Assembly (NCBI GenBank): GCA_963743305.1
Contig: CAVUPH010000027.1
Coordinates: 1-64,000 of the forward strand
Direction of reading: 5' to 3'
From: an uncultured delta proteobacterium
Lineage (GTDB): Bacteria > Desulfobacterota > RBG-13-43-22
DNA: 64,000 nucleotides
Made by a program: the position numbers and the translations under genes. Under the pieces are notes generated by a model that made no database searches, was not told where the DNA came from, and was given only the letters and a program-made list of their open reading frames with translations. Of this stretch, positions 18,654 through 28,639 are shown piece after piece (position 1 is the first letter of the stretch; every line of letters begins with the position of its first letter).

Positions 18654-19802
18654 TTAATTTAGAAATTTATCCAGCCCCATATGGCCGTGCATTTTCAGAA
18701 ATTCTTTCCGGCCCATGGTAAAAAGAAGGGCGCCATAAGAAAAGCCCTCGAAAGGGAGGGCGTACCGTTCCAATCCCGGTTCGGTGCAATTTAGACACTC
18801 CGGATAACCGCCTATCCTTTGGCGAAATCGAGCCGCTGGGGTGGAATTCCAGAGAGCAACAAGATCGTCTGTTTCTATATTGCCTACCCGGCTCCCGGTT
18901 ATTAAAGGACACAAAAAGACATCCCCATTATATCGAATAAATAGATAATTGAAACCACAAGTGCAGGGTTTGTCCATAACCCCCTGCTGAGCCCATTCGA
19001 GGAGCTTCCGGTTATGATAAGCCCAGCGAAAGCGCCGGCCCTGAAAAAATTCAATCATTTGTTCCCTGGCCTCGGGGCTAAAAACCAATTCCGCGGCGCG
19101 ATCGGGGTTTAAGTACCGCCCCGGGGTGACGATACAGGGAGAGATAATGGTAAAAAACCCCTCCGTTTCCGCCAATTCGACGATCTTCCCCAACTCCCCG
19201 ACGTTTAAGGGGACTATCGTCGTTTTGAGTCCGATAATCAGGTTAGGGAATTCTTCTCTGATTTTCTTTAGCCCCTCGAGGGTGGCCCGAACCCTCAACC
19301 AGGCGTCCGGATAATTCCTTATTCGGTCGTGAAGGGGGCCGATCCCGTCCAGAGCGCAGACCATGACCAGGTCGAGTCCGACCTCCCTGAGTTCGGAAAG
19401 GATACCCGGAGTCAGGCCCAGGACCCGATCGGTCAATAACCCATTGGTGGTGACGGCCAGGGATTGAAGAGCCCTTAAGTTTTTCGCCTTCAACCTGCTG
19501 ACGTTCGAAATAAGATCGGGAAGGTCCTTTCTCAAGAATGGCTCCCCCCCGGTCAGGTCCAGTTCTCGTAAATCCGAAAACAATTCCATTGAAAGCAAGG
19601 TGACCCATTTCTCCAAGGGTAGATCCGGCACCTCCCTGGGAATTTTCCAGATATTGCACATCAGGCATTTGGCCACACAGTGATGCGTGATTTCCAAGCT
19701 TAGGGCCTGCGGTTTCCCGGGCCTGCCGGTCCATTTTAAGTAGCGATACCTTAGGCCCTGGCCCAGAAGTTGGCAGGAAAGTTTGAAGAGCGATGGGGTC
19801 AT
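18654..19802 (-). CDS. Radical SAM protein with twitch/SPASM-like domain, last gene of the mft run
   Basis: CVAKCLMC, TGGEPF, CTCG...GDVFLCP...CLNC; ATGA overlap with mftF. Confidence 0.88.
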   Translation of the reverse strand: MTPSLFKLSCQLLGQGLRYRYLKWTGRPGKPQALSLEITHHCVAKCLMCNIWKIPREVPDLPLEKWVTLLSMELFSDLRELDLTGGEPFLRKDLPDLISNVSRLKAKNLRALQSLAVTTNGLLTDRVLGLTPGILSELREVGLDLVMVCALDGIGPLHDRIRNYPDAWLRVRATLEGLKKIREEFPNLIIGLKTTIVPLNVGELGKIVELAETEGFFTIISPCIVTPGRYLNPDRAAELVFSPEAREQMIEFFQGRRFRWAYHNRKLLEWAQQGVMDKPCTCGFNYLFIRYNGDVFLCPLITGSRVGNIETDDLVALWNSTPAARFRQRIGGYPECLNCTEPGLERYALPFEGFSYGALLFTMGRKEFLKMHGHMGLDKFLN

Positions 19803-21289
19803 CCTCTTTCTCTAAAGAGGGGGTCGGTTGCCAATCGGGGATTCACCGGTCGGAAACACCGATTTTTCAGGCACCCCCACCAAACACCCAACTGATAAGA
19901 AAGCTGATCCAGCGTGAAATACCAAAAAAAGGAAAAGAAATTCAGCCGTGGTTTCTTGATAAAATATTCCACCCCAGCGGTCAAAAGGTGCAGGCCCAAC
20001 AGGATCAGGGAAATCGCGGGCAGAAAAAAACCGAAAGGTAGCGCCAGCACGAGATAATACCGGGAGAAGAAAGCCGCCCAATGGTATAAGAGGGCAAGAT
20101 AACCTCGGAGAGCGGCGGCCACGATAGTAAAAAAAGTCAGAGTAAGCTTTTGGCGGGCCAATTTAAAAAACCGGATTCCGGAATCCAGCAATAAAACCAG
20201 GCCGCTGACGACCAATAGGGGTGGGTAAAGAAACCGGAGGGCCAAGAAAAGAAAAATCCAGAAGAAAAATCCGGCGGGGGGAAGAATCAATTGCTTGATA
20301 CGGTGGCTATGCCGGCGCTGCAGCCAAGGTTCGGAGGTGCCGTACTCAAAGCGCCTGCGGCAAAAAGGGCTGAGTCTATTCCGATGACGGTGATATATCT
20401 TTCCCCGGGGCCGATACTCCATCTGGAACCCCTCATCCTGCAGCCTCCAGCACAAATCTACATCTTCACCCACTTGCAGATCCTCCCGAAATCCCCTTAA
20501 GCTCAAAAAAACGTCCCGTTTGACCAGGAGGTTGCAGGAGGGCAGGTAAAAAAACCGATCCGCCTCTTGCGAACGTCTAAACCAGGCCCCGATAGATAAT
20601 GAGGACTTGACCTCCTCATATCGGTCCAGTCCTTTTTCACCGGAAGAGGCCGCCACCATCCCGCCTATGGCCCCTAGGGCCGGATCTTTAAAGGCCGGGA
20701 CCAAGTCCTTCAACCAGAGCGGATGGGCCTGACAATCGGAATCGATAAAGGCCAGGATTTCTCCTTTGGCCTTCCGGGCAGCCAGATTTCTGCAAAAAGA
20801 GGCTTGCTTAGGCTCTGTTAGTCGCCAGAGCGCGACGGGAAAGGTGGAAATCACCTCCGGGGTCGAATCACTGGAGGAATCATCCACCACCAGAATTTCC
20901 ATTTTCCCCGGAGGATAGTCCAGGTGAGCGAGCGAAGCAAGACAGTCCGCTATCTCTTCCGATCTATTTCTGACCGGGACGATGACGGAGACCAGGGGAT
21001 AATCCGGGAGTAATAAAGTACCCTCCGGTTCCAGGAACCCTCTCCGCACCAAGTCGTCCAGGAAAAATATGAGTTTATCCGGATTGATCGAAGGAACCCG
21101 GGAACTTATATCTTCGGCGGAAACGAATTGGTCTCCGGATAAAGAATCCAGCACCGGGATCCAAAAAGGGTCCAGCCGCAGGACCTTCAAGGGGAAGGCC
21201 AGAACCAAAACGGGGATCCGGTTTCTCTGCGTATGGACCACCGATTCCCGCAGGCGATAGGCCAGGGGTTTTGTTATTGGGCCGACCAT
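19799..21289 (-). CDS. mftF: Mycofactocin-system glycosyltransferase (GT2)
   Basis: N-terminal extension, VIVPVRNR, DSDC, DRYEEVKSSL, YLPSCNLLV, GEDVDLCWRL, YGTSE; operon context. Confidence 0.88.
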   Translation of the reverse strand: MVGPITKPLAYRLRESVVHTQRNRIPVLVLAFPLKVLRLDPFWIPVLDSLSGDQFVSAEDISSRVPSINPDKLIFFLDDLVRRGFLEPEGTLLLPDYPLVSVIVPVRNRSEEIADCLASLAHLDYPPGKMEILVVDDSSSDSTPEVISTFPVALWRLTEPKQASFCRNLAARKAKGEILAFIDSDCQAHPLWLKDLVPAFKDPALGAIGGMVAASSGEKGLDRYEEVKSSLSIGAWFRRSQEADRFFYLPSCNLLVKRDVFLSLRGFREDLQVGEDVDLCWRLQDEGFQMEYRPRGKIYHRHRNRLSPFCRRRFEYGTSEPWLQRRHSHRIKQLILPPAGFFFWIFLFLALRFLYPPLLVVSGLVLLLDSGIRFFKLARQKLTLTFFTIVAAALRGYLALLYHWAAFFSRYYLVLALPFGFFLPAISLILLGLHLLTAGVEYFIKKPRLNFFSFFWYFTLDQLSYQLGVWWGCLKNRCFRPVNPRLATDPLFRERG

Positions 21290-22092
21290 CCGGCATCCAC
21301 GGGTATGACCGCCCCGGTGGTGAATTGGCTTTTATCTGAAACCAGCCAGGCTACCGTTCGGGCAATATCCCTGGGGGTGATCGGACGGTCTTGAAAAAGA
21401 TGCCGTCGAGCAAAATGAGGATACGGTTCGTCCGCCAACTGAATTTGGGAGGCCAGCCCCGAGAGCATCGGGGATTCAGTGGTTCCAGGACAAACCGCGT
21501 TTACATTAATATTATGATCGGCCACCTCCAGGGCCAGCGCTTTGGTCAGACCGATGATCCCATGCTTGGCCGCGCAGTAATGGACGCTGAGGCCCAATCC
21601 GCGCTGCCCGGCTACGGAGGAAATATTGACGATCTTACCGTAGTGCTGTTCGACCATCGCCGGCAGGGCGTATTTGCAACAGAGATACGTCCCTTTCAGG
21701 CAGACATCCACCACTTCATCCCAGGCCTTTTCGGTCAGGCGGGTGATCGGATGAAGGGAGACCACGCCGGCATTGTTGATCAGGATATCCAGGCGGCCGA
21801 ATTGATCGCGCACCTGGCCAAAGGCGGCTTTGACCTGCCTATCCTGGCGGATGTCGCACGTCAAACCCAGGGTCTCGACCCCCATTTTGGCAATTTCCTG
21901 AACCGCTCCTTCCAAATCCGACGGCCCAGCCAGGGCGTAGGGGATAGTCTTTAAGTCTCGACAGATATCGACCAGGGCGATGGAAGCACCCTGGGCTGCC
22001 AGTTCTTTGGCTATGGCCAGGCCGATATTCCGGGCCCCACCGGTGACCAGGGCACATTTACCGGAAAATTCTTTTCGTCCTTTGCGGGCCAC
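21274..22092 (-). CDS. Mycofactocin-coupled SDR oxidoreductase
   Basis: TGGARNIG, insertion DICRDLKTIPYALAGPSDL typical of Mft-associated SDRs, YCAAK. Confidence 0.85.
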   Translation of the reverse strand: MARKGRKEFSGKCALVTGGARNIGLAIAKELAAQGASIALVDICRDLKTIPYALAGPSDLEGAVQEIAKMGVETLGLTCDIRQDRQVKAAFGQVRDQFGRLDILINNAGVVSLHPITRLTEKAWDEVVDVCLKGTYLCCKYALPAMVEQHYGKIVNISSVAGQRGLGLSVHYCAAKHGIIGLTKALALEVADHNINVNAVCPGTTESPMLSGLASQIQLADEPYPHFARRHLFQDRPITPRDIARTVAWLVSDKSQFTTGAVIPVDAGWSAQ

Positions 22093-22097
22093 GACGT

Positions 22098-22970
22098 TTA
22101 TTCACCCCCGGATTTCTGCCGAGACCCCAGGAAACCATGGTTCTCTAAAAAGGAGAGGATCCCTTCCACCTGCGATTCAGGGCTTCCAGTCAGCACGAGC
22201 CCGTTTTTTTGGATGCTGGTGCCGGAAAGAAGCTGGTCGATCCTTTCATAAGCCGGCCGAGAGCAATCCGGTGCCGGGATTCTTTTGGGTCGCGGACGTG
22301 GAGGAAACACTTCGGCCATCACTGTTTGGGGTTTCGGGCTGGGATCATTATACGTTATTTGGTGAAAAGGGATAGACCAGGCCTGCTTTTTGTTTGGATA
22401 GGTGGGCAGCGGGAGGGCTTGGCCACCCAGATCAACACTGAAGACCGCCGGTAGCGGGCAAAGGACAGTTTCCCGCACTCCCCGTCCCCCACTCCTTTGA
22501 ACAGTCCCTGAATGGTGGTCTGAAGAAAACGTCAGTTGGGTAATGGCCGAGACAAAAGGCCTCTTCAGGTGATAGGCCAGGTAGGCCCCCATGAGACCGT
22601 TTTGTTTGTCCAAAGACTCTTTTCCGCAGAGGACAACCCGGGCACCCAGATCCTTTATCGCCCGAGCTAAATAGATGGATTTGGCCCAGGGATCCGCTTC
22701 ACCTTCTCCAGCCAGAAGATAAAGCCGGTCGGCCCCCAAGGCCAGACAGCGTCGCAGTTCGGCTTCGGCGATGAGGGGCCCCAAAGTCAATAAGGCGACC
22801 TCTCCTTCACCCAAAGAAGCCCTGGCCGATAAGGCTAATTCCAAGGCCGCCTCGTCGTAGGGATTGATTCGATAAAGGGTATCTTCCGGTGCCAAAAAAT
22901 GCTGTTCCGGATCGAGACCGCTTCGGCAGTAGGTGTGGGCTATTTGTTTGATACAAACGACGATCTTCAT
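22098..22970 (-). CDS. etfB: Electron transfer flavoprotein beta subunit
   Basis: MKIVVCIKQ, INPYDEAALE, LALGAD, CGKESLD. Confidence 0.92.
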   Translation of the reverse strand: MKIVVCIKQIAHTYCRSGLDPEQHFLAPEDTLYRINPYDEAALELALSARASLGEGEVALLTLGPLIAEAELRRCLALGADRLYLLAGEGEADPWAKSIYLARAIKDLGARVVLCGKESLDKQNGLMGAYLAYHLKRPFVSAITQLTFSSDHHSGTVQRSGGRGVRETVLCPLPAVFSVDLGGQALPLPTYPNKKQAWSIPFHQITYNDPSPKPQTVMAEVFPPRPRPKRIPAPDCSRPAYERIDQLLSGTSIQKNGLVLTGSPESQVEGILSFLENHGFLGSRQKSGGE

Positions 22971-22973
22971 GGC

Positions 22974-24875
22974 CTAGTTCCTTTCCAGGGAAGCGGCCAC
23001 GATTTCGATGACATCCCGGACCTGTGGGGGGGGGTTCTTTTCCTGAGAGAGAACCCCGTCTTCGAGCATGACCAAACAATACGGACAAGCGGTCCCGACC
23101 AGTTCCACCCCGGATACCATGATCTCTTCGGCCCGAAGTTGATTAATGGGACGACCCCTGGTTTCATGAAGCCACATGTGCCCGCCTCCGCCTCCACAGC
23201 AAAAACCGTTTTCCCGGTTCCGGGGTAATTCCTGAACTTCAATATCCGGGACGGCCGAAAGGATTTCCCGAGGCGATTGATACTGTTGATTCGCCCGACC
23301 CAGATAGCAGGGATCATGAAAAACGGCCTTTTTCCTTAAAGGGTATTTTAATTTGATTCGCTGTCGGTCAATCAGCTCTTTGACCAGTTCGCTGGCATGA
23401 AAAACCTGGAACTTTCCTCCTAAGGGGGGATACTCGTTTTTCAGCGTATTCAGGCAATGAGGGCAGAGGGTCACGATTTTTTTAACCGGGTAGTGATTCA
23501 AGCGCTGGATATTCTTTCTGGCCAGCTCTGCAAACAAGGCTTCCTCACCCAGCCTCCGGGCCGGATCCCCGCAACAAAACTCCTCTTTTTCTAAGAAACC
23601 GAACCGGACCTGCCCGACCTTCATAATCTCCACCAACGCCCTGGCCACCTTCTGGTAGCGCGGATGAAAGGACCCGTAACAGCCCACCCAGAAAAGCACT
23701 TCAGGACTTAAGCCCCTGGCGGACATAGGGCTTAGACCCAGGTTGAAAGCCCATTCGGAACGGTAGGCCCTGCCTTTACCCTGAACATCCCCGAATAGTT
23801 CCAGATTGCGGATAGCCGGTCTGGCCTCCGGGGGGACCAGGCCTCTTCCCAGAACCTGATATCTTCTCAAATCCATGATTTGCCGCAAGGGTTGGATGAA
23901 GATCGGGCACTGTTCGATACAGGCCAGGCAGGTGGTGCAGGACCAAATTTCTTCCTCACTGATGTCCTGGGCGAGCAGGGGTGGGCCGGATTGATCTTCC
24001 GCTCTTTTTCGGTGAACGGCTTGCTCCATCTGGCCCAGGATCTTCTGAATCACTTTTTGAGGAGAGAGGGGTTTTCCGGAAAGAAAGGCCGGGCAGTTCT
24101 GCTGACAACGGTTGCAGGCCACACAGGCCTCGGCATCCATCAACTGCTTCCAGGAAAAATCGTGGACCGTTTGAGCTCCCAGGTCCCCTTTTTCCAAGGA
24201 GAGTGGATAAAGTTGGCCTGGCCCTTGCCGGCTGTGAAAATAAACATTGAGAGGCGCCGCTGCTAAATGACGCAAGGAAGTGAAAGGTATCAGGGCGATC
24301 AAGATCAGGACCGTCAGCAAATGGAAACGAATGACTACTTGCAAAAACCAGGGAGAGTCCGGCATTCCCAGAGATACCAGCCAACCCAAAGGAGAGGCCC
24401 AGAGGTCACCGCCGGGGACTATACGTAACCGCGTCCCTTCGGCCAGGAAGCCGGTGATGGCGATAATCAACAGGAGCAGCAGCGGCAGGGCCGTCTGGAA
24501 GGATAGGGAATAATCCGGCTGATTCAAACGGCGAAAAAGGAACCAGAAGGTCCCGACCAGCAGGGCTATTCCCAAAAGGTCCAAAAAGAAAGAGAGTAGT
24601 TGAGCCACCGGCCCGGGAATTGAAAAATCAAATTGAGCCAGGAGAATGATTCCCAGCGGGATAACCACCCCCCAGAATAAAACCAGGTGGGCCGTCCCGG
24701 AACCTTTTTTTCTGACTATTCGCTTCTGGCCGACGAGGTAACCGATCAGACCTTTCCAATCCCCCGGACGAGTTTCAGCCCCCCCCTGCCTCCACAGGGA
24801 TCTCCGCCGGATGAAGCCGAAAGCGCCAAGCAATAAGGCCAGGGTTACCAGGAAAAAATCAAAAACCGTCAGCAT
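22974..24875 (-). CDS. Membrane-bound Fe-S oxidoreductase (NarI-like TM + 2x4Fe-4S + 2 CCG domains; HdrD/GlpC/EMO-like)
   Basis: TM helices with His, CVACNRCQQNCP, CTTCLACIEQCP, CCGD, HDPCYLGR, CCGGGGG, ACPYC; start moved to ATG 24875. Confidence 0.9.
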   Translation of the reverse strand: MLTVFDFFLVTLALLLGAFGFIRRRSLWRQGGAETRPGDWKGLIGYLVGQKRIVRKKGSGTAHLVLFWGVVIPLGIILLAQFDFSIPGPVAQLLSFFLDLLGIALLVGTFWFLFRRLNQPDYSLSFQTALPLLLLLIIAITGFLAEGTRLRIVPGGDLWASPLGWLVSLGMPDSPWFLQVVIRFHLLTVLILIALIPFTSLRHLAAAPLNVYFHSRQGPGQLYPLSLEKGDLGAQTVHDFSWKQLMDAEACVACNRCQQNCPAFLSGKPLSPQKVIQKILGQMEQAVHRKRAEDQSGPPLLAQDISEEEIWSCTTCLACIEQCPIFIQPLRQIMDLRRYQVLGRGLVPPEARPAIRNLELFGDVQGKGRAYRSEWAFNLGLSPMSARGLSPEVLFWVGCYGSFHPRYQKVARALVEIMKVGQVRFGFLEKEEFCCGDPARRLGEEALFAELARKNIQRLNHYPVKKIVTLCPHCLNTLKNEYPPLGGKFQVFHASELVKELIDRQRIKLKYPLRKKAVFHDPCYLGRANQQYQSPREILSAVPDIEVQELPRNRENGFCCGGGGGHMWLHETRGRPINQLRAEEIMVSGVELVGTACPYCLVMLEDGVLSQEKNPPPQVRDVIEIVAASLERN

Positions 24876-24877
24876 GG

Positions 24878-25648
24878 TTACTTTTTCCTTCGCCCCCTTT
24901 TGAATCGGGCCGATAGAATACCGATTCCCCCCAATCCCAACAGCAGTAGCCAGGCCTGATCCAAGACCAGGGAGACAAAAACCGCCGGATGGGTTTTCGG
25001 ATCCGCTTGGGGATGAATATATCCCAGGAATGAGGCTTTCCCCCCGAGGTCGCCATGACACTTTGAACAGCTTTGGCTGTTTAGCGGTTGCTCCTCTCCG
25101 TGGGCGGCTTGCCCTTGATGACAACCCAGACAATTACTCCTGCGGTAATGTTGGCTGAAATCCTGCTTGGCATGAGAGGCCACTTGCAGCGAAGGAAAAT
25201 AAGTCCAATAATTGTTCGCGCCGCACTCCCGGGGATGGCAGCCGCGGCAGGTCTTTTTTAGATTTTCAGGGTTGACGGTGGAGGCGGGGTTATCTTTTTT
25301 CAATATGTCATGCCGGGTATGGCACGTCTGGCAGGCGGGTAATGGCGATCCTTTTTTTGAAGAACGCCGTCCGTGCCTGTTTACTTGTTCGTGACACCCG
25401 CGACAATTGACCCGGCCTGAACCTATTTGGTGTTGATGGTTCTGATCTTTAATCCCGACGTGACATTCCTGGCAGGAAATGTTTTGCCCATGAACCGATT
25501 TGAAAAATGCACTGCCGGAAAGTTGCTGGCGGGTTTTGGGGTTTCCTGTTTCATGGCAGCCCAGGCATTCTTCCGTGGTGTAGGCCAGAGTAGACTGAGG
25601 GAAAAACAGAAAGATCGCCCCAAGCAATAAAAAGGGAAAAGCGGACAT
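24878..25648 (-). CDS. Heptaheme c-type cytochrome with C-terminal membrane anchor
   Basis: Signal peptide, seven CxxCH motifs, hydrophobic C-terminus with basic tail. Confidence 0.9.
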   Translation of the reverse strand: MSAFPFLLLGAIFLFFPQSTLAYTTEECLGCHETGNPKTRQQLSGSAFFKSVHGQNISCQECHVGIKDQNHQHQIGSGRVNCRGCHEQVNRHGRRSSKKGSPLPACQTCHTRHDILKKDNPASTVNPENLKKTCRGCHPRECGANNYWTYFPSLQVASHAKQDFSQHYRRSNCLGCHQGQAAHGEEQPLNSQSCSKCHGDLGGKASFLGYIHPQADPKTHPAVFVSLVLDQAWLLLLGLGGIGILSARFKRGRRKK

Positions 25649-25652
25649 ACCT

Positions 25653-26684
25653 TTATTTCGGTTCCTTCATTTTGTGCAGCTTCTCAATCAAAATAGGCAA
25701 TAATTTATGAACATCCCCCACCACCCCCAAGTCGGCCAATCGAAAAATGCGGGCCTGGGGATCGGTGTTGATCGCCAAAACCAATTTGGACTTTTCCATG
25801 CCCACGGTGAATTCGTTAGCCCCGGAAATGCCGCAGGCCACCAGTAACCGGGGGGAAACCGTCTTCCCGGTCTGGCCGATTTGCCGTTCAAATGTCAGGG
25901 TCTTTGAATCTATGACGGGGCGCGTGCCGCCCACCGTCCCCCCCAGGACCCCGGCCAGTTCATGGACGACGGAAAAAGAACCTTCCCGACCGACTCCCCG
26001 TCCTCCACAGACGATGAGATCCGCCTCCTCCAGGTCCAGGACTTCAGGAGGGGCTTCGAATCGTTCCAACAGCCGGGTGCCCTGCCTTTCCGACTGGTCC
26101 TGGAGAAAAATTTCCGTGATTTCCGGGTTGGCAGGAACGGGGATTTTTTCCGAGGTTAGCACCGAGGGCAGAAAGGTCAGGATATGGGGTGTCTGATCGG
26201 CAAAATAGACTCTTTCAAAAAGATGCCCGTTCGCCACCGCTCGAACGGCCCAAGCCTTTCCCCGGCCATCCACCTGGGCATCCAGGGCCCGGGTGATTAA
26301 ACCGGTTTCCAGAAGAGCGGCCAACCGGGGGGCCCAATCGCCCGTCTCCGCGGTTTGGGCCAGCAGGAAAAAAGAGGGTTGCCGCGTTCTGATCAAATCA
26401 GCCAATAACCAAGCGGTCCTTTCTCCTGGAACCTCAGGGCGATGATCCTCCCGACACCAAAGCACCCGCTGCACCCCGAAATGCCCTAACCCTTTCAGCT
26501 CCTCCTCGGCAACCGGGCCCAAGACTACGGCGGTCACCGTTGCTGTTTCTCCCCGGGAAGGAAGGAGCCGCCGGGCTTCACCGGCCAATCCCTTGGTTAG
26601 TTCTTCAACAGCGCCGGCCCTGGTATGTACCCAAATCCAGATATCCTCTGATTTGGAACGGATTTTCCCGAACTCCAAACTCAT
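25653..26684 (-). CDS. etfA: Electron transfer flavoprotein alpha subunit
   Basis: GGRGV, GGTRPVID, RQIGQTGKTVSP, GISGA, AINTD; ATGA overlap. Confidence 0.93.
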   Translation of the reverse strand: MSLEFGKIRSKSEDIWIWVHTRAGAVEELTKGLAGEARRLLPSRGETATVTAVVLGPVAEEELKGLGHFGVQRVLWCREDHRPEVPGERTAWLLADLIRTRQPSFFLLAQTAETGDWAPRLAALLETGLITRALDAQVDGRGKAWAVRAVANGHLFERVYFADQTPHILTFLPSVLTSEKIPVPANPEITEIFLQDQSERQGTRLLERFEAPPEVLDLEEADLIVCGGRGVGREGSFSVVHELAGVLGGTVGGTRPVIDSKTLTFERQIGQTGKTVSPRLLVACGISGANEFTVGMEKSKLVLAINTDPQARIFRLADLGVVGDVHKLLPILIEKLHKMKEPK

Positions 26685-28639
26685 AGGCGCCTTCCCACCC
26701 GATGACCTTCCAGGATGGCCGTATCGGTTTTCCGAGGAGCCAGACAATCGCCGATCCGGTACAGCTCCTGGACTTTTCCTTTAAGGGCAAAATAAAGCGC
26801 GTCGCAAGACCGGTTCCCGGCCACCAGGACAATCGTGTCCTGGTCTTCAAAATCGATCAATTGATTGGAATAGACGTTCAAGCCTTTGACCAATTTTCCT
26901 TGAATCTCCAGAACGGCTATGTCGGGAGTAAAGGTGACCCCCTTTTGGGCCAATCGCTTTCGGGTCAGATAGAGGTCTTGCAAAGGCCCCAGTTGGCTGC
27001 CGATAAACAAGGCCGGGGTGAGGATATGAACAACCCTGCCCCGGTCGGCCAGATATTCGGCCGTGCCCGTACCTTGATGATGCCCTTCCAAATCAATCAG
27101 CAGCACCCGGGGGCCGGCCACCACCAGCCCGGTCAGAACTTGGGGGGCAGTAACCACATCCGGAAAGGAGTAATCCCCCGGAAAGGGATGCTCTTTGGGA
27201 AGCGAGCCGCTGGCCACCACGACCGCATCCGGTTTTTCGGCTAAGACCAAGGCTTCCGTTGCCTCCATCCCCAACCTAAGATCAATATCCAGTTGGCTGA
27301 TCTGTCCGACCAGCCAGCGGGTTACTCCGGTGATTTCTTGTCTTCCGGCCGCCTGGCCGGCAATCAGATTCTGCCCCCCCACTTCCGGATTTTTTTCCAG
27401 GAGAATGACCTCGTGTTTTCTGAGGGCCGCTACGCGGGCGGCCTCCAGACCGGCCGGCCCGCCCCCAATCACCAGCACTTTTTTAGGTCTTTCAGCGGGC
27501 CGGAGGGTCCCCGCGCCCCAGACCTTCTCCCGGCCCACGGCCGGGTTTTGAACACACCCCAATAAATAACCCAACCCCATCCGGCCGATGCATCCCTGAT
27601 TGCAGGCAATGCATTGGCGAACATCTTCCACTCTTCCTTCCCGGGCTTTATTCGGCAATTCCGGATCGCAGATCAAGGCCCGGACCATCCCGATCATATC
27701 CGCTCGACCGTCGGCCAGAATTTTTTCAGCCAGATGAGGGTCATTAATGCGGTTGGTGCAAAAAACCGGCAGGGTAATGACCGAGCGGATGCCGGCGGCC
27801 AGAGGAACCGTGTAGGCCAGCGGGGTGTGCATGGAACCTTCCACCAGGAAGAGATGATGGAAGGTCCCCAGACTGAGGTCCATGAAATCCAGTTGATCCG
27901 TGGCCTCCAACTGCTGGGCGATGATTTTGGCGTCTTCCAAGGTCAAGCCGCCCCGCGGGTGCATTTCATCGGCATTTAATCGTACGCCCAGGGTGAAGTC
28001 GGGCCCTATGGCCTGACGAACGGATTGAATGACCTCCAGACAAAATCGCAGCCGATTCTCAGAAGTCCCGCCATAGTCATCCTGACGAAAGTTGGTGGCC
28101 GGCGATAAAAACTGTCGGATAAGGGAACTGTGGCCGATCTGAAGCTCTATCCCGTCGAACCCCCCTTCGACGGCATGGACCGCGCTTCGGGCAAAAAATT
28201 CCAGGCATTCCCGAATGTCCTCGATTTCCATTTCCTTGGCCGTCTCCCGGAAAAGGGGATCCTTACCGGCCGAGGGGCCCCAGACCGGTAACCGGGAATT
28301 CTTCCCATCCCCCTGCATTCCATTGTGGTTCAATTGGGCGAATATCTTGGTTTCGGTTTGGTGGATGGTCTTAGTCAGTTCCTGGAAACCGGGTATGACC
28401 TCCGGTTTATAGGCGTCTACGAGTTTGGCATAAGGATAATCGGTGGGGTGCACCGATAATTCTTCGGTGGTTATCAACCCACAACCCCCTTGGGCCCTCT
28501 CTCGATAATAATGGATATGCCGCTCGCTGATCCGGTTGTTTTCCCCGAAATTAGTCAAGTGGGCGGCAAAATGGATCCGGTTGGACACTACAATGCGGCC
28601 GATCTTCAAGGGGGCGAATAAATAGGGAAAGCCGCTCAT
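26681..28639 (-). CDS. Mycofactocin-system FadH/OYE-family flavoenzyme
   Basis: AAHLTNF, TEELSVHP, CIACNQGC, GGGPAGLEAA. Confidence 0.88.
   Translation of the reverse strand: MSGFPYLFAPLKIGRIVVSNRIHFAAHLTNFGENNRISERHIHYYRERAQGGCGLITTEELSVHPTDYPYAKLVDAYKPEVIPGFQELTKTIHQTETKIFAQLNHNGMQGDGKNSRLPVWGPSAGKDPLFRETAKEMEIEDIRECLEFFARSAVHAVEGGFDGIELQIGHSSLIRQFLSPATNFRQDDYGGTSENRLRFCLEVIQSVRQAIGPDFTLGVRLNADEMHPRGGLTLEDAKIIAQQLEATDQLDFMDLSLGTFHHLFLVEGSMHTPLAYTVPLAAGIRSVITLPVFCTNRINDPHLAEKILADGRADMIGMVRALICDPELPNKAREGRVEDVRQCIACNQGCIGRMGLGYLLGCVQNPAVGREKVWGAGTLRPAERPKKVLVIGGGPAGLEAARVAALRKHEVILLEKNPEVGGQNLIAGQAAGRQEITGVTRWLVGQISQLDIDLRLGMEATEALVLAEKPDAVVVASGSLPKEHPFPGDYSFPDVVTAPQVLTGLVVAGPRVLLIDLEGHHQGTGTAEYLADRGRVVHILTPALFIGSQLGPLQDLYLTRKRLAQKGVTFTPDIAVLEIQGKLVKGLNVYSNQLIDFEDQDTIVLVAGNRSCDALYFALKGKVQELYRIGDCLAPRKTDTAILEGHRVGRRL

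Noticed and set aside
24876-25133. N-terminal extension of the Fe-S oxidoreductase ORF
   Set aside because: It overlaps the heptaheme cytochrome gene; ATG 24875 fits the operon packing.
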